Shown here in pieces: positions 24,982-40,260 of a stretch of 64,000 nucleotides of DNA (positions within the stretch are counted from its first letter, which is position 1; the number at the start of each line of letters is the position of its first letter). Location: NCBI RefSeq assembly GCF_006345805.1, contig NC_043015.1, positions 34,658,001 through 34,722,000 of the forward strand, written 5' to 3'. The position numbers and the translations under genes are program-made. Source of the stretch: Octopus sinensis (taxonomy: Eukaryota). The notes under the pieces are model-generated. The model searched no databases. It was not told the origin of the DNA and saw only the letters and a program-made list of their open reading frames with translations.

Positions 24982-26176
24982 TTAATGTGAGTAGCCATGT
25001 TGCTCCTCAACAAGAAACTTCTGTTCCAGTCATTTGTCTCATTATTTAACTTCTTATCTCCTAGCATAAAGCAACTTCCTTCTCAGTAGTCCTAATTAGC
25101 TGAAGGGATCTTAATCTTGCCGGCTACATGATCTTACTAGTGCTGGAGCCACAGAAAAAGCACTTGTACACTTTGTAAAGTGGTTGGTGTAGAGAAGGGC
25201 ATCTCGCTGTAGAAACCACACCAAAGCAGACCATTGGAACATGATCTACGTTCTCAAATGCATCAGGTCTTGTCAAACTGTCCAACCAATCCCAGCTTAT
25301 AAAATTGACATTAAAAGATACTGATTGTATACATATATATTAATATGCACTCCTCAGTAGTCCACTCTACACTATTCATTGGTATATATTACTGCTCTCA
25401 TTCTCACTCTCTCTCTCTCTCAGCAACAGTAAACCATCACCATCATGCAACTAAGTATTTCTATTAACTTATATAGAAATTAAATTTCTGTTAATAAAAC
25501 AGACCAACCAATGTAATGTCATCGTTACATGTGGCCACTACACCATCACTCCACCTAATAACTGAACTTTTACAGATTGCTCAATCTCCTCAGAATAGCA
25601 GCAGAATCACACCCTAGGTTTTAAAAAATTGACATACTGAATGTAGTCCTAGATACCTTCCAAATAGGAAAAAGACAGGATGGTTATGGCCTTTCATCAT
25701 AGGCCTGCTTAGAAATGGTCTGAGACAAAACAATAATACTACCACCATCACTCACATCCCAAACTACACCCTATAATCACTCATACTTCAACTATACTCT
25801 ACCACCACTCACCTTCATAATATTTTCATGATGAATCACACAACATAATGACTCACAGTAGATCAACTTCTAAATGTGATTATGCAAGTGAAAGATAAAT
25901 GTAATCATGGAAGAAGTGAAAGATGCATTTCAACCCAGCAAACAGGATTATGGCTACCTGACCAAGTGACCAACTACAGATAACTTCATCAACTGTAAGT
26001 ACTACACACAATTAATGTATCACCCACTCACCAAAATTATATTATTGACATTTCTATTCAAAGACTAAATCAACCCCAAAAGTTACCAATTTTAGTAAAT
26101 ATAACAAAAGACTTATAGAATAAATATTATCTAAGACCAATTATAAAATTGTCAAATATATGTTATGAAGTCTTAC

Positions 26177-26237
26177 CTCATTGCTGTTAAAACTGTTTGA
26201 TTTATTTGAAAATGTAACATTTTGGTAAAGCAGACCT
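26177..26237 (-). CDS. mdm2: p53-binding domain copy 1, third exon (R)GLLYQNVTFSNKSNSFNSNE
   Basis: tttttctttgtag acceptor, GTAAGA donor, 61 nt, phase 2-0; LLYQNV resembles Mdm2 MIYRNL. Confidence 0.9.
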
Positions 26238-26767
26238 CTACAAAGAAAAATTTAAAAAAACAACAATTAGATTTCTACAATAATAGTAAAGAAGAAATTA
26301 AAAGTGAAATCAAATAATAAACAATATCAGAAAATATTGATTTCTTACATAGTCAGGCTCTTCATGTGAATTACAAAATATTTGAAAAATACTACAACTA
26401 AGAATCAAAACTGGATTACAAATTTAATCAACCAGATTTTTACCCATAAACCAAAATATAATTGCCAACATGAAACACACAACAAATCTTTGAAAGTAAA
26501 TTTATTTATTATTTTATTAGACATAAGAATGCATCAGTCAATGACTTTCCAACAGGCTTAGAAATAACCTTAGCCATGAACAGCTATCTCCCCTGCCATG
26601 GAAACTAAACTGCTTAAGAATGGAATCTGCCATGCTTGAGATTAAAGTTTATTCTGACGGCACAATTCTAAAGAAATAGTCATTTCATAAAAAAAAAAAG
26701 AAAGCCAATCAATCACTCCTTTTGTTTGAAGGAAGGAAAAAGATCAATAAATGACATGGCTTCCTCT

Positions 26768-26803
<36 letters not shown>

Positions 26804-26899
26804 AACAACAAAATTGAGGAAAGAGCAAAAACTGCTTAAGAAAAACCCGAAAGAAAACAGATGGTACAGGGCAAAGCAGCCTTAAACCAGCAGAGCTCA

Positions 26900-27370
26900 G
26901 AATTCTTGTAGATATGCTCCAGGAGAGAGGGAGGGGGGCTTTTTTTAACAACCCACTCCAGCTCACAGCTGACCTCTTTGGCAAGCCAAAAAGTAGAGAG
27001 TAGATATGTTCCAAGGAAGCAGTGCATAGTAACTTCAGAATAAATATTTCATTAGGGAATTGTCCTTTTCCATAAAACTTCCCTCTTGAAAAAGTAAGGA
27101 GAGTAATAGCAAAAGCTCAAGCAGGATCTACTCCAGGACCATCTGGCACAAATGCCCACCACTGCTGCTGGAGAGGCTAGTAAAACAGTTTTAAATGATC
27201 TCGAACAAAAAGCAGGAAAAAGCTCTAGAAACTTGCCAAGGACTGTTTTGTCTCAAAAGAAGCAAACTCAGCCAGACTTGACTAGTTTCAAGACTTCTCT
27301 CTATTAGATGTTAAAGATCTTTTAGAGCATCAATGCCAAGAAACTAATAGCATATCTACACGTCAATGAG
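26900..27370 (+). mobile_element. LINE RT remnant
   Basis: PGPSG and FRLLSLLDVKD motifs. Confidence 0.5.
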
Positions 27371-28519
27371 TGTCCAGGAAAAGCTACTCTGGTTGTTGCA
27401 AATAAATCCCATCATTAAGCAGGCAAAGAAGAATACACTATTACTCCCACTCAGTCAAGAGGCTATTTTGTTTTATAATTTACTTGGCAGCCTCAAAACA
27501 AAAGAAGCAGCCAGAATACTCTGTACACTGGGATGGCATCAGAGAGGAGATCCGGTCAATAGAAACCACGCAAAAGCAGACATTGGACTTCAGTGCTGTC
27601 CTCCAACTCTCAAACCACCCAACCCAGGCCAGCAGGGAAGATGGACATTAAATGATGATAATGGTATACATATATACAAATACACATATTGTATACACAC
27701 ATATATATATATATATAAACACACACACACATGTATAGACCATTTAATTTATGCCAGTGAGTTTGTCTGATTCTGATTGCACTGAAACCAAACGAGATCC
27801 AGCTAAATTAAAATTAAGTTTGAAAAACTCTGCATAATTAAATATGAGAAATAATTAAGAGAAAGCTTAAAAATAAACAAGTAATTTGAAGAGAAAATTT
27901 ATGTAGCATTATGTTTTTTCACAGCAAATATTTGGTACTGAATAAAGCAGTACACAATACACAAAATATTAAAAAATGACAATAATTCATTATCTTATAA
28001 ATTAATTAAGCGATATCTAAACTGTAGCATTGAACATTTAAATGATGACATTTAATTAACGACTTGATCAAAATCTGAAAGGTGGAGTGGAGAAAAAACA
28101 TAGTTACCTGTTGACTGTCCTTCAAGAAAAGGATTCAGTCTAGCAAATTCCTTGTCTTTATACAATGGTGAAATTGATGTAGGCAAGCACATTACTTCTT
28201 GAAGCCATTCAAATATTTTATGTATGACCTGCCACACATCTTTTATCCTGGTTGTAATCCTACTTTATTTAGCTTGTATACATGTGCATGTGTTTGTGTA
28301 CTTACATTTTATACTGACATTTAAATATATATCTTAAGGCATGGTGCATTTTCTAATACAGACCACTATATAACTACTACACTGCTTGAAATTTTCCTTC
28401 TCCATCTGCATTGAATCTAATAATGTAAAGAAGGTGATACAGTACAATATAAAGGGAAGTGGCACAGTGCAGCATGAAGATGGCAGCACAATGCCTGTTG
28501 CCTTTGTTAACTGTCTCAC

Positions 28520-28653
28520 CTGACATCAACAACGGTGAAATGATTGCGACGAAAAACTTTGCCCAATTTATCATTACTGCAGTGAACCAACCAGGGCTTG
28601 AGAGGATCATACAACATGTGGGATGATATGTATTTCTTCAAGTAACGAATAAT
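28520..28653 (-). CDS. mdm2: p53-binding domain copy 1, core exon IIRYLKKYISSHMLYDPLKPWLVHCSNDKLGKVFRRNHFTVVDV(R)
   Basis: ctttctctttttcag acceptor, GTGAGA donor, 134 nt, phase 0-2; ungapped match to the SWIB/MDM2 core. Confidence 0.96.
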
Positions 28654-30198
28654 CTGAAAAAGAGAAAGACAAAAATTACTGTTTCAACAATTTCCAGTTA
28701 CTAAACATAACACTACAAAAACTGGTTCTACAGCCAATACTAATGTTAATGTCATGGCTTTATGTGAGGTACAGAAAGGCTCAAAAGCATGATTCTGCAG
28801 AACCAACTTTTGATGGTGTTGTAGTGTAGTAATTTGAATTACAGTATTCACTGGGGTTAACCCAACCTTTATGAATACATTGTAATTCAAATATTTTAGT
28901 TCTTGAAACTATGAAAGCCAAAGTTCTGGACTGGAGTAATTCTTTAAAATGTTTAGGCTTATTTGTAACCAAGTCATGTAGCAGAATCTATTGAAGAGCT
29001 GCAGAAAAATTTTTAGATTAAGAAAAATGGTCTAAAATCCAAAGATCTAAAGGTTAACTGAATAAGTAATCAGAGGAGTTACTTTGCTCAATATGTCAGA
29101 AGGGAGTAAACAGGAGCTCGATACAGGGTCAATACACTGTATCAAGCTCCTGTATCAGTAACAGGTCTATACCTGTTGGATTTCACATTTCTCCACTAAA
29201 TGTCATTTGTTACTTGATGACATATTTTCAGTTTGCCAAGATATATCCACTCAGCTTCCAAAATTTCTTTCATACTTTCTCAAATGAAGTCTTTCTGGCA
29301 GAAGAGTGTTTTAAGCAGCTAACTCAATATCAGCCACCAGAAATAGGCAATCTACAAAAAAATCTGACATTAGCTCTAGACACTAAAAATCTACTTATCC
29401 TCACATGGCAATCTATTATATATGACATTCATTGGAATCCTTAGAGTATACAACCACCAACCAAGTTACTTGGGGAGCATTTTTTTTTTCTAGAAAAAGA
29501 GCAAGACCAAGCCTGCCAACTTTGGAATTCCTCTCACTCGAAACGGTTCTGTTGAGAAGATACATCTGTAATAAAGTCAACTACATAAGAACCAAACCCC
29601 TAATATGCAAATTTGTTTTCAGTGGTCAAAAAGATACCATAACAATTAGGAATTTTTCCCAGTCAAGAAATACCCCAGTTAAGGTAGGGAATTAATTAAG
29701 ACAAGATACTCCAAATGAAAGTATAATTATTCCTGAATATCATTTTGACGTACCTACTTTGACTCCTAATGAAGCATCAACACAGCAACTCAATCAAATA
29801 CTACAAAATAATGAACCATCCGTGGACTTTGTGCAACATCATCCTACTTTATGCTGAATCATAAGGCTACATGTGAATATTTTGGATTACATGAATTATA
29901 CTTAGAAATTCTGAAATTCTATGATACTGTTCTAATATTCTATATATGAGTGTTAATGTCAAACAAGCAAAGTCATTCATTTCCAATAATTTGTGAAAAC
30001 ATGTCTGGTCATGGGGAAATATTACCTTCTTGGGAAACAAGTGAGGATTGGTAACAGGAAGGGCATCTAACCATCGATAAATAAACACTGACTCATGCAA
30101 ACATGATAAACTGGATGTAAAAGCAATGATGATGTTGATAGAGTTTTTTTTTTATATATTTGTAGGGGGGGGGGGAGAAATATGAAATAAAGAATTAC

Positions 30199-30273
30199 CT
30201 CAGACATGCTAAAAGCTTTCCCTGTTGCACCAACAGACTGAAGCAGTTTCAAGAATTCTGGTTTGGGATAAAG
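30199..30273 (-). CDS. mdm2: p53-binding domain copy 1, first exon LYPKPEFLKLLQSVGATGKAFSMSE
   Basis: ttaattcttttcag acceptor, GTAATT donor, 75 nt; matches vertebrate [24 protein letters not shown]. Confidence 0.96.
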
Positions 30274-31834
30274 CTGAAAAGAATTAAAAAGAAAAACAAA
30301 TAGAATTTAAACTGGAAGAAATAGGAACAAAATACATTGATCTACTAATTTTAATTTGACTGCCACCAGCATAGGCAATTCAACTGCTAGCAATGCAGGC
30401 AACTTGACTGTCAACAACAAAACTACTTACGGCATATGGTCTACAATGAGTAATTTTGATAATACATCAGCGAGATCATGAATTGAAATTTGTAATAGCT
30501 TTAATGTAATGAGAGTATTAAAAGGTGATGTGGTGGTAGACAACTTCAATGATGGCTCAACAAGGATAATAAAATAATGAAACTGAATTACTTAAGTGGA
30601 GGCATGTTACATTACTTCTTAAATTTACAAATATACAGAGAAATGTTAGTATTCTCGAATTGGTGTTTTACACTATTTTACTTCCCACTTTATGGGGTGG
30701 GGTATATGCATATAAATTTTTAGTGCAATATATGGATTCATGGATCCTGTGGCAATCACAGAAAAACTCCTCTAGTATACCACATAGTAATCCAAAATGG
30801 AAGAGTATAATCCAAGACGGAGGAGTATAATCTGGAGTTTTATGCATCTGAAACCCAGGAGATCCAATCTATGAAAAAATTATTTCGTGAGGAGTGCATA
30901 GACCAAAAAAGTCAGAAGGCATGAGAGGTGAATATGTTTATTTAACCACTTGATAGTCATAGGATTATGGCTGTTTCATGGCCTTCATCATGTAAGAATA
31001 ACTGCAATGTATAATAAAGTATTTTATATTTCTGCAACAATATGCACGCAATACACTGCACAATCACAAATCAATGCAAATATCGAAGGCTAGCTCTTCA
31101 GATCACCAGACCATCATACTTCAACTCTGCAAATACATAGAAAAGCATCCTTGGGAATCTGGTCACACAGTGTAATGATGGTTGCTTCTGATAGGACCCT
31201 ATGGAAGAAGAAGTGTCTGATGACACTACCCCAACAACTCAACCTGCCCAGGAATAGGGAGTGGAAAAGATGAGTTACACACACTTTTTTCATTTGGGCT
31301 ACTTATTGCTTAAATTTTTTTTTACTTTAAAAGACATTGGGAAGCTCCCTTACAGACACCACAAATAGTAAAGTGTTGCTAATGACAAAACAGCTTGTAA
31401 GATATAGACAATAATGAGGGCCGGGTGGGCCTCTGAAAAGGCTGCTCAATCAAGATAACTTGGACTAAACAAGAACAAATCAAGATATTGATAAACCCAT
31501 CAAAAGTTTAATAAACTGATAGCCATGGACAAAGTTTCAAAATCTCTCAGTATCACATTTAAGAACAATGCCAAAAACAAGCCTTGTGGGTAGAAGGGAA
31601 GGAAACGTTGAAAACTTGGGATTACAGCTGAAGTAAAGTTGTGATTGTTGAGGAGTGATAGCTGTATAGAGAGACTGATGAAAGTAAAGTTCAGAGAAAA
31701 ATCATTTTTATGGAAGACTTAGTAATGATATAAATAGCCATGAATCTATTTGTGGTAACTTTGCTGACATCTTATTTTTTCTTCTCATGACCTGTCAAAT
31801 ACTGGATTACTAGGGAAATGAGAAGTCATTTTCT

Positions 31835-31876
<42 letters not shown>

Positions 31877-33083
31877 AGCAACATACTTAAGATTCACATA
31901 CAATACAAAAGTTAATAACAGGAATACATAAGGTCAACAACGTGATAAGAAATGTTAAAAATAAACAAATAATACTATAACAGTGATGGAAATATGCATG
32001 GATGAAGGGACAGAACTGAAAGAGAACTGAACTAAGTGTAGTAAATTGACATCAGAGGATCTTATTTTACTCATTATAATTCCACTTGAGTAAAAAATTA
32101 CTATTGCTTTTTTTCACTTAAAGGGTGGCTGAGTTCTAAAAATTTAGGAAGTTACATATTTATTATTGGAGAAATGGATACTTGCCTCTCATTAACCAAA
32201 CAACAAAGTTGAAATGGACAACTGACAAGGGACATGAATCTAACAAAGTTTAAATTTGTAAGCATGTAATCAATATTAGAAAAATATTAAGCTCACAGCC
32301 ATTGATAGGAGCAGTGGTTTTAAAACTACCATTAAAATCAGAGAAGTGACAAAACACCAGATGATTAGGAAGAGAGGATGAAAACGAATGAATTCAATAA
32401 CTTTGCCAAATTAGATAGCCCTATGTAGGGGTCAGAGGGGAACAAGGATAAGAAATATCTCACTTTCATTTAAGTATGAGGATGTCTGTGTGTCTGTGAT
32501 TGAGAAAATATCAGTAAATCAACAGGTGGGAGGATATGTGCATGTGTGAATTAACAGGTGTGCATGTGTGTAGATACATAGGTCTATTACATCATATATG
32601 TAAATGTTCATGTGTTCAGTTACCACACCTGTATATAGAGGTAAACATATATATCAGCAGTGTACACATTACATGAGGTAGGCACATGGTTTCCTATGTA
32701 CAAGTGTCCAGAGAGTAGCATGTGCTGACAAAAAAGTGAGTATGCATATAACTATATTCCTTTATTCTTTTATTTCTTTCAAGCAATATGACTGTGGCCA
32801 TGCTGGAGAACTGTCTTTTAGAAACTATAGCATTCCCATGCCAGGAATCAAGCCCAGGCCGCCGAGGTGAAAGCCAGGAACGTGGCTATGTGTGTGTTTA
32901 GTTATGTATGTGAGTCTAAAGGAAGATACTCATGTGAAAATGTGTGCAGTGATGTGTACAATCATGCATTGTGTAAGGAAACATGCATCTGAAAATGTAT
33001 ATATATATATAGTCATACATGTGTATGAGTCTATGTGCAGTCATGCAGGTGAGTGTACAGTATTCTAGATGGGTGTTACTCAC

Positions 33084-33290
33084 TTTGGTCGAGTTTGGTT
33101 TTTCCGCTGATGAGGCTGCCCCAGATGTTGTCGTGGAAACTGAACTGCCCTCTACTGGTAACAGTCTCTGTTGAGAGTCTGACACTGCTGAAGATGTGAC
33201 TGAACTGCCATCTGTTGGTAATAGTCTCTGTTGAGAGGCAGTCTCTGCTGTTGGTGTAGAAACAGAGCTACCTTCTGCTGGTAACAGTTT
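33084..33290 (-). CDS. mdm2: N-terminal repeat exon KLLPAEGSSVSTPTAETASQQRLLPTDGSSVTSSAVSDSQQRLLPVEGSSVSTTTSGAASSAEKPNSTK
   Basis: tttttgtctacag acceptor, GTGAGT donor, 207 nt, phase 0-0, open; three 60-63 nt tandem units. Confidence 0.87.
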
Positions 33291-34249
33291 CTGTAGACAA
33301 AAATTGACAAACTTTAATAACTCTCTTTACAGCAATAACTGATGCCCAGCCAGTAGTGCATACACACCCTCTATCTCTATCTTTCATTTATATATATATA
33401 CATATTTGTTAAGCACTAACATCAGTACATACACTCTACATTAAACAAACCCATTATACATACACACATCAAGATTTTATACTGTAATGAAAGATCCAAA
33501 GAAGATGCACATCACACGCCTCTCTTTCTTTCTCTCTGCAGCACCAATACCATGAAACTGCATACCAGAGACAACTTCTCAGACATCAGCACTTGACTGA
33601 ACCAATTTCTTCAAACATTACAACTGATTTTTACACCATAATAATACCATGGTCGCTGCTTGTGACACTCCTACTCTCTCTCCTTTGCCTCATTAAAACA
33701 AAAGAGAGCCCAAGTGTTCGTATCAGACAGTTTGATTTGTCAGCCACCCAAGGGTGGATGGAATCGAAACACATGTCAGGATAGAGAACACACATAAAAC
33801 ATATGCAATGACAAACTTAAGTACAAGGGCCAAGAATGACAAAAATTGAAGTGTGAATGACCCTAAAAATTTTTTATTATTCTAAAAGTTGTTCAAAGCA
33901 ACTCTTTTGCTAAAAGATAGCCTAAAAATAATGATACAGACCATATAGGTTTTGGTATTGTTTAGTCTCAGGTCACCTCAAAGACTTGTCATCAAAAGCC
34001 ATTTCAAGTGTGACTTTCCTATGTATTTTTTTTAACAGTTTATCAAAGAACATTCAGCAGTATATCTTTTTTTTTACTTTTTTTTAATGAGTCGGTGGAT
34101 CTGGTATAACCTTTGATGCCAAACCCCCAAGAGCTTCAATATGGATACCACCGCTTATCATCTTCATTTCAGGAAGTAGAGTGGTAACATTTAAAATCTC
34201 TCCCAGCAGATCAGCTTTCATTGATGCAATCTTCCTGGTGTGGCACCAA

Positions 34250-35320
34250 TGAACTGCCACAAGTTGATTATTATGCAGATACAGTGGGGTGACCACAGCT
34301 GAAAGTCCAGATGGTTGATGAAAGTTCTCAGAATCCAGCCAGTCATTTGCCTACACATTGCCACCATCTTCATATGTACATGAAACGAAAAGTTATTGCT
34401 CATATCAATCTCCAGATCACACACCGTACTTGACTCTGCAATTGTTGTTCTTTTTGGTCCAAAGTATCTTTGTTGCAACATGTTAGCAGCACAAGCGAAC
34501 TGATAGCAAAAAGCTTAGAATTTTCCTGCATTACATTGCATGTTGTTTTCTTAAGCCCATTTATAGATGACATCTAGGCCTTGCTGTAGAAAATTACATT
34601 GAACAGTTTCTTGACTGCCTTTACTATTTTTGTGTCTCTGGCAAAGCTATTAAGTGTGGCTGTATAACTGATGACATGTCCAAAAGAGCTACCATAAACA
34701 GCAGCAACCTCAAGACAGTTTCCTGAGGCATTCCACATGCTATTTCTATCTTCTCAGAGAGGACCTATTGGCTGCCACATCCTGACTACTATCTTTTAAG
34801 AAGTCATGTAACCACTCTCCCAGTTTTCCAACTATGCTGAGTTTTTGTAGCTTGTGACATATCTTGTGATCAGTCTTATCAAAGGCCTTTGAACCCACTT
34901 GTAAGTGATTCATTCATTGTTTCAATAACCAGTCATAACACAGTAGAAGCTGTATAAGGCAGCATATTCCTGAGCAGAAGTCATGCTGGGTGTCAGGGAG
35001 CAAGTCATTATCATTTAAGAACATGGACCAGCTTGCTCCTGACAAGGCATTCCATGACTTTGCTAACATGTAAGGTTACAGAGGCAGGCCTGTAATTTTT
35101 AGCATCCACTCTGCTATCTCTTCTATGGACAGAACATATTATGCCACCCTTTAACTTTCTGGGAAGCCTGCAGTATGCAAGGAAACTTTAGAAGATTTGT
35201 AGTAGTCTTACTAGAGCCTCTTTGCATTTTTTCAGAGGGTTGTTGAAAATATATCAGAGTTTAATAAGATCATTTCATCAATTGCTGATAGTACATCAAT
35301 TTCCGCTATTTCAATATCTG
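34250..35320 (-). mobile_element. CR1/Jockey-group LINE RT remnant
   Basis: GWILRTF C-terminal motif and degraded RT sequence. Confidence 0.55.
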
Positions 35321-36270
35321 TATATATATATATATATAAAAGACATGATGTGTCTGTGAAAATAAATTATGCATGTCCACAAATTAGCACGCATGTCACT
35401 CAACTTTTAGGACATTCGCCACAACCCTAGCTGTATTTTCGTCAAATTATTTTCCCCTGACACAGCAGCGAATAACAGCAAAAATAATTTTGAGCCATAA
35501 CTTTTAAACATTTTTCAAGCCAGAGAAATACACCATTTGTTTTATTTTGTAAACAATGTTTCGAAACTGTTGCATTTTGTAAACAATGTTTTGAAGATAT
35601 GTGTATGTACGCGTGTGTGTGTGTGTGTTGCCCATATATATATACTTAGTTGCGATCTGAACATAACTGCTTCTCACACAGAGGATTGGGGGCTCTTTTG
35701 GGCGTTCTATTTTATTTGCTGGAAGGGTTCCCAACCCATGGGCAAAGGGGGGGTTAGATGATGGGGGTGGTGTTTTCAAAAGGGTTGGCATATGCAACTT
35801 GATTATCTCTGCCAATCAAACTCCCAACTCATGTGCTCCTGTCGTGACACTGATTCTGCAGAACTGGGTTGGGTATGAAAACCAACTTTAAAGTATAAAT
35901 ATTAATGTTTTTGAATCAGCAATGTTGTGTTGTGTTAAGTCCTATTTGGAGTGAAAAATCAATAAACTGATTCCTTATGGGGTTTTCTATTTAATCAGGA
36001 TAAAAAAAAAATTTTTTTAAATAAAAATCGACAAACTGATTCCTTACAGGACTTCCCACTAAAATTGGCTACACTCCATTCTCAACCATAACTTTTACCA
36101 ATTTTGATGTATTTTGTTCAAACTTGATGCCAGCATTACTGAGGACTCGTGGGATCTTTGAAAGCTTTAAGTTCTCCAAAACAAGTTTATGAGTGATTTT
36201 CATGCTTTAAGAATGGTCACTTGTTGCTTGAAGACCAACCTTGTTCAGGGCAATCATTGACCATTTGAAA

Positions 36271-36311
<41 letters not shown>

Positions 36312-38029
36312 CATATATACACACACACACGACGCGCTTCTTTCAGTTTCCGTCTATCAAATCTGCTCAAGGCTTTGGTCGATCCGAGAATATAGTAGAA
36401 GACACTTGCCCAAAGTGTCGCACAGTGGGACTGAACCTGGAACCATGTGGTTGGGAAGCAAGCTTCTTACCACACAGCCACACCTACGATGTAATGCATA
36501 TGTATGTGTGTGTAATGCATATGTGTATTTATATATGGGTGTGTAAATATATATGTAATGCACGTGTACATACATATGTGTGTGTGTGTATGCGTAATGC
36601 ATGTGTATACATATGGTGGTACCTAAAACAAACTGCAGTGTCATTTCATTCGCTTAGTTTTGCATGTTTACACTTTTATCGCCTTCAAAGTATCCTTCAT
36701 TTGAGGCAATGAATTGGTCCAGATGCGTTCTCCACCGATTCAAGTAGTTCTGGAACTCTTGTGAAGTGATGCCTTTTAATGCCTCTGTTGTTTTTTTGTT
36801 TCCTTCACCTCTTCCACATCTGCAAGATGTTTGTCTTTATAAATGAATGTAACCAATGCTCCTCGGGGAGAGATCTGTATCAGCTCTTATTTCATAAGAT
36901 CTATCGGCCATTGGTAAGGAGTTTGCAAATCCAGTACCCAAGATACACTTTGAAATTCATACCTATTATTATTGGAGCGAGTCTGGAGCAAAGCATGGCT
37001 GGACTCGGGGTTTCTTGTGAGAGAACGCAAATCCTTAATTCATACACTACAAATGATCACAGTATCTGGAACTATGATAATCTGCCAGACCTTCTTATGA
37101 TTTAAAGAATGAACAAAACAGGATGCTTTCCTTCACAACCTTACTACCAAGTAGATGGCTGGTCAAAATTTACTCTAAATTACAAAGAGAAACACACACA
37201 CACACAGAGTTACTTCTTCCGTATCAGCTCTTATTTCCTATCACTGCTCAAGTTCCAACTGGTTATCCTCTCATCACTGAAATTATTAAGTTAATTTCTC
37301 AGCTCAGAATCCATTCGCACTAAAATCCTTTCTACGATTTATTTGCTCTTCTAAACAGTACATTTTTAATTCCTTAACTTGCATATTCTACCCATTGTTC
37401 TAGAGTCATCAATTAGTCTGGTGGAACATGTGGAAGAGGAGTGCTATGATGACTTACCTAGGCTTACCAAGTTAATTCTATAGATCACAAGTTCCCAGCC
37501 AACAACCATCTTAATCTGCCACTGAAGAGCAGCAAATAACAGGCCCATAGCCTGCATCGGTAGCTAACATTTCTACCTACTATAAACTTAATTTATCAAG
37601 CAGTTCCAATAAATGACAATCATGCGTAGCTAAGCACATTAGAAGCCAACTGATGGTGCAGTGAGACCAACGACATGTTGAAAGACTTGTATGGACAACT
37701 CTAAGAAAAACAATGATATTTGCCACAGTTATTGAATAAGATAAACAACACAGAAAACAATAGATAAGTAAACAGTTATGTTTCACTCCTCTTCTTAAAC
37801 AATGGTAGTAAGGCTTCTGGTGGGGTTACTTTTAATACTCAAGGACTGCATGATGAGGCAGGTATGAACTTGAATACATCTAGTCAGAACACAGCTGCTG
37901 AAGTATTCAAAACAAGAGATATGAGAAAGTTCAACAGGCAACACAACAGACTATAAATGTTATCATGTCACCATACGAGAAACTAAGAATAACCTAGAGC
38001 TTCCTTTGTCTACAATCACATACATACGG

Positions 38030-38600
38030 ACATATGCATATACACACACATATACATAGATACACATCACACGCATATATATATATATATACATACATAT
38101 ATACACATATATATATATATATACATATATACACACACATACACATATATATATTCACATACATACATATATACACATTCATATACATACATATATACAC
38201 ATTCATATACATACATATATACACATATATATATATATACATATATACACATACATATATACACATACATATATACACATACATATACATACACATACAT
38301 ATATATATATACACATATATACATATATATCAATGTATATACAAATATACACACACACACACATACATATAAATATATATATATATAAACATATACACAC
38401 ATGTCTATGTATACATATACACATGTATATATATACACACACATATATACATATACAGACATATATACATGTATATATGTACATACACATATATATACAT
38501 GTTTATAAGAGGAGTAATATTGTAATTTATAAAATCAATATATCTTAAAATTATTTTAGTTATGTAAGTGTATATATGAGGAGCAAGCATGTATACACAA

Positions 38601-38647
<47 letters not shown>

Positions 38648-38650
38648 TAT
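38030..38650. repeat. (TA/CA)-rich low-complexity tract
   Basis: Direct inspection. Confidence 0.95.
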
Positions 38651-39639
38651 ATTTCTGTACAAACATAGAACCTTATGTACATTCTAAAATCTCTGACGAG
38701 GCCTACAGAAACACCCAATTACCTCAATTTCATCTACTAATTACTTCAGTCCACTGGAGGGATAAAGGTACAATGACGTATTTTTGCCTCTTGGCTGAAA
38801 CAGCTGTAAGATATCATCCCAATTTCTATTCCTGTATGTTATATATTTTAATAATTACTGATATTTTTATATTTTATATACTACATATGTAAAGCATAAT
38901 ATGTTATACATGTATGTATATTGTTATAATTGTCCTTTTAGTAAATAAATAAATAAATTGACATAATATAATGTCTAAAAGTTGATGAATACCACTTATT
39001 GATTCCCTTCCATTTTCGTATTGCTCTATAAATTAATGGTAAAATAACTCTTTACCCTCATCCATTTAGTATACTTGTAATGTAATTGCAATGCAATAAT
39101 AAAAAACACTTGTGTATTAATAATTGGTTATTCTACCAGCAGGATGTTGGATAGATATTATCCCTTAGTGGGTTGGATTCACAACCTCTAACTTTCTGGG
39201 AATATATATATACATATATATATAGATATATATATTAAATGAGATAAATATGTTATATCTTCATATATACCACATTATTCATTCACTCCTATATATACAC
39301 ATCAACAAGAACAAAACAAACACTAGTCACAGAAAAAATAAATTCTACACACACATCAAAACCAAAGTAATACCTATATAAATGAAACGTCTCAAATACG
39401 AACATCAAGCCAAACTACAAACTATACTCTATATCTACATGTATGTCACATTATGGGAAGCTATGAGGGTGCTCTGTGTGTGTGTGTAGCAAAAATTTAG
39501 ATTCAGATGAATATGGTACTTAAGTTGAGGCACCAGAATTTAGTACAGTATTATCCATACAATTTCGAAATAAGGTAATTAAAATCAAAATAAGCAACAA
39601 GGATACCCAGAGGTAATGCAGTATGACCATTTTAAGATT

Positions 39640-39641
39640 AA

Positions 39642-39688
<47 letters not shown>

Positions 39689-39816
39689 CTCACATGTATA
39701 AGCAAATATTAGTATGCATATGTATATACATATATCCACACACACACATATATATATATATATATACTCACATGTATAAGCAAATATTAGTATGCATATG
39801 TATATACATATATATC

Positions 39817-39870
<54 letters not shown>

Positions 39871-40222
39871 TACACTTGTATACATATACACAAACACACG
39901 GTCTTACATGCACACATACATCCACACAGCTACCTATATGTACCTACATAAATATACACACACAAAACACACCTATACTTACATATATACCCCAATATAT
40001 ACCTGGATACATATATATTCAGATATATACACCATCATATATACACATAGACCTTCACATATATAGATCTATACCTCTTCCTATATATGAATAAACAAAT
40101 AATATATATACACACATATATGTAGATATATATATACACATAAAAAATACATATACATATACACAATATATATACATATATACATAAAAAACCACATACA
40201 CATATACAAAACCCACATACAT

Positions 40223-40256
<34 letters not shown>

Positions 40257-40260
40257 ACCT
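39640..40260. repeat. (TA/CA)-rich tract containing a roughly 70-bp tandem duplication (ctcacatgtataagcaaatattagtatgc x2)
   Basis: Direct inspection. Confidence 0.9.

Noticed and set aside
28108-28228. Exon-like stretch VIHKIFEWLQEVMCLP... with a CAG|GTAACT donor just downstream of domain-1 core exon
   Set aside because: No polypyrimidine tract; entered in phase 2 it hits a stop; no Mdm similarity. A poison exon cannot be excluded without RNA data.
33566-33586. Alternative start MSEKLSL|GTATGC
   Set aside because: Poor acceptor and poor ATG context.
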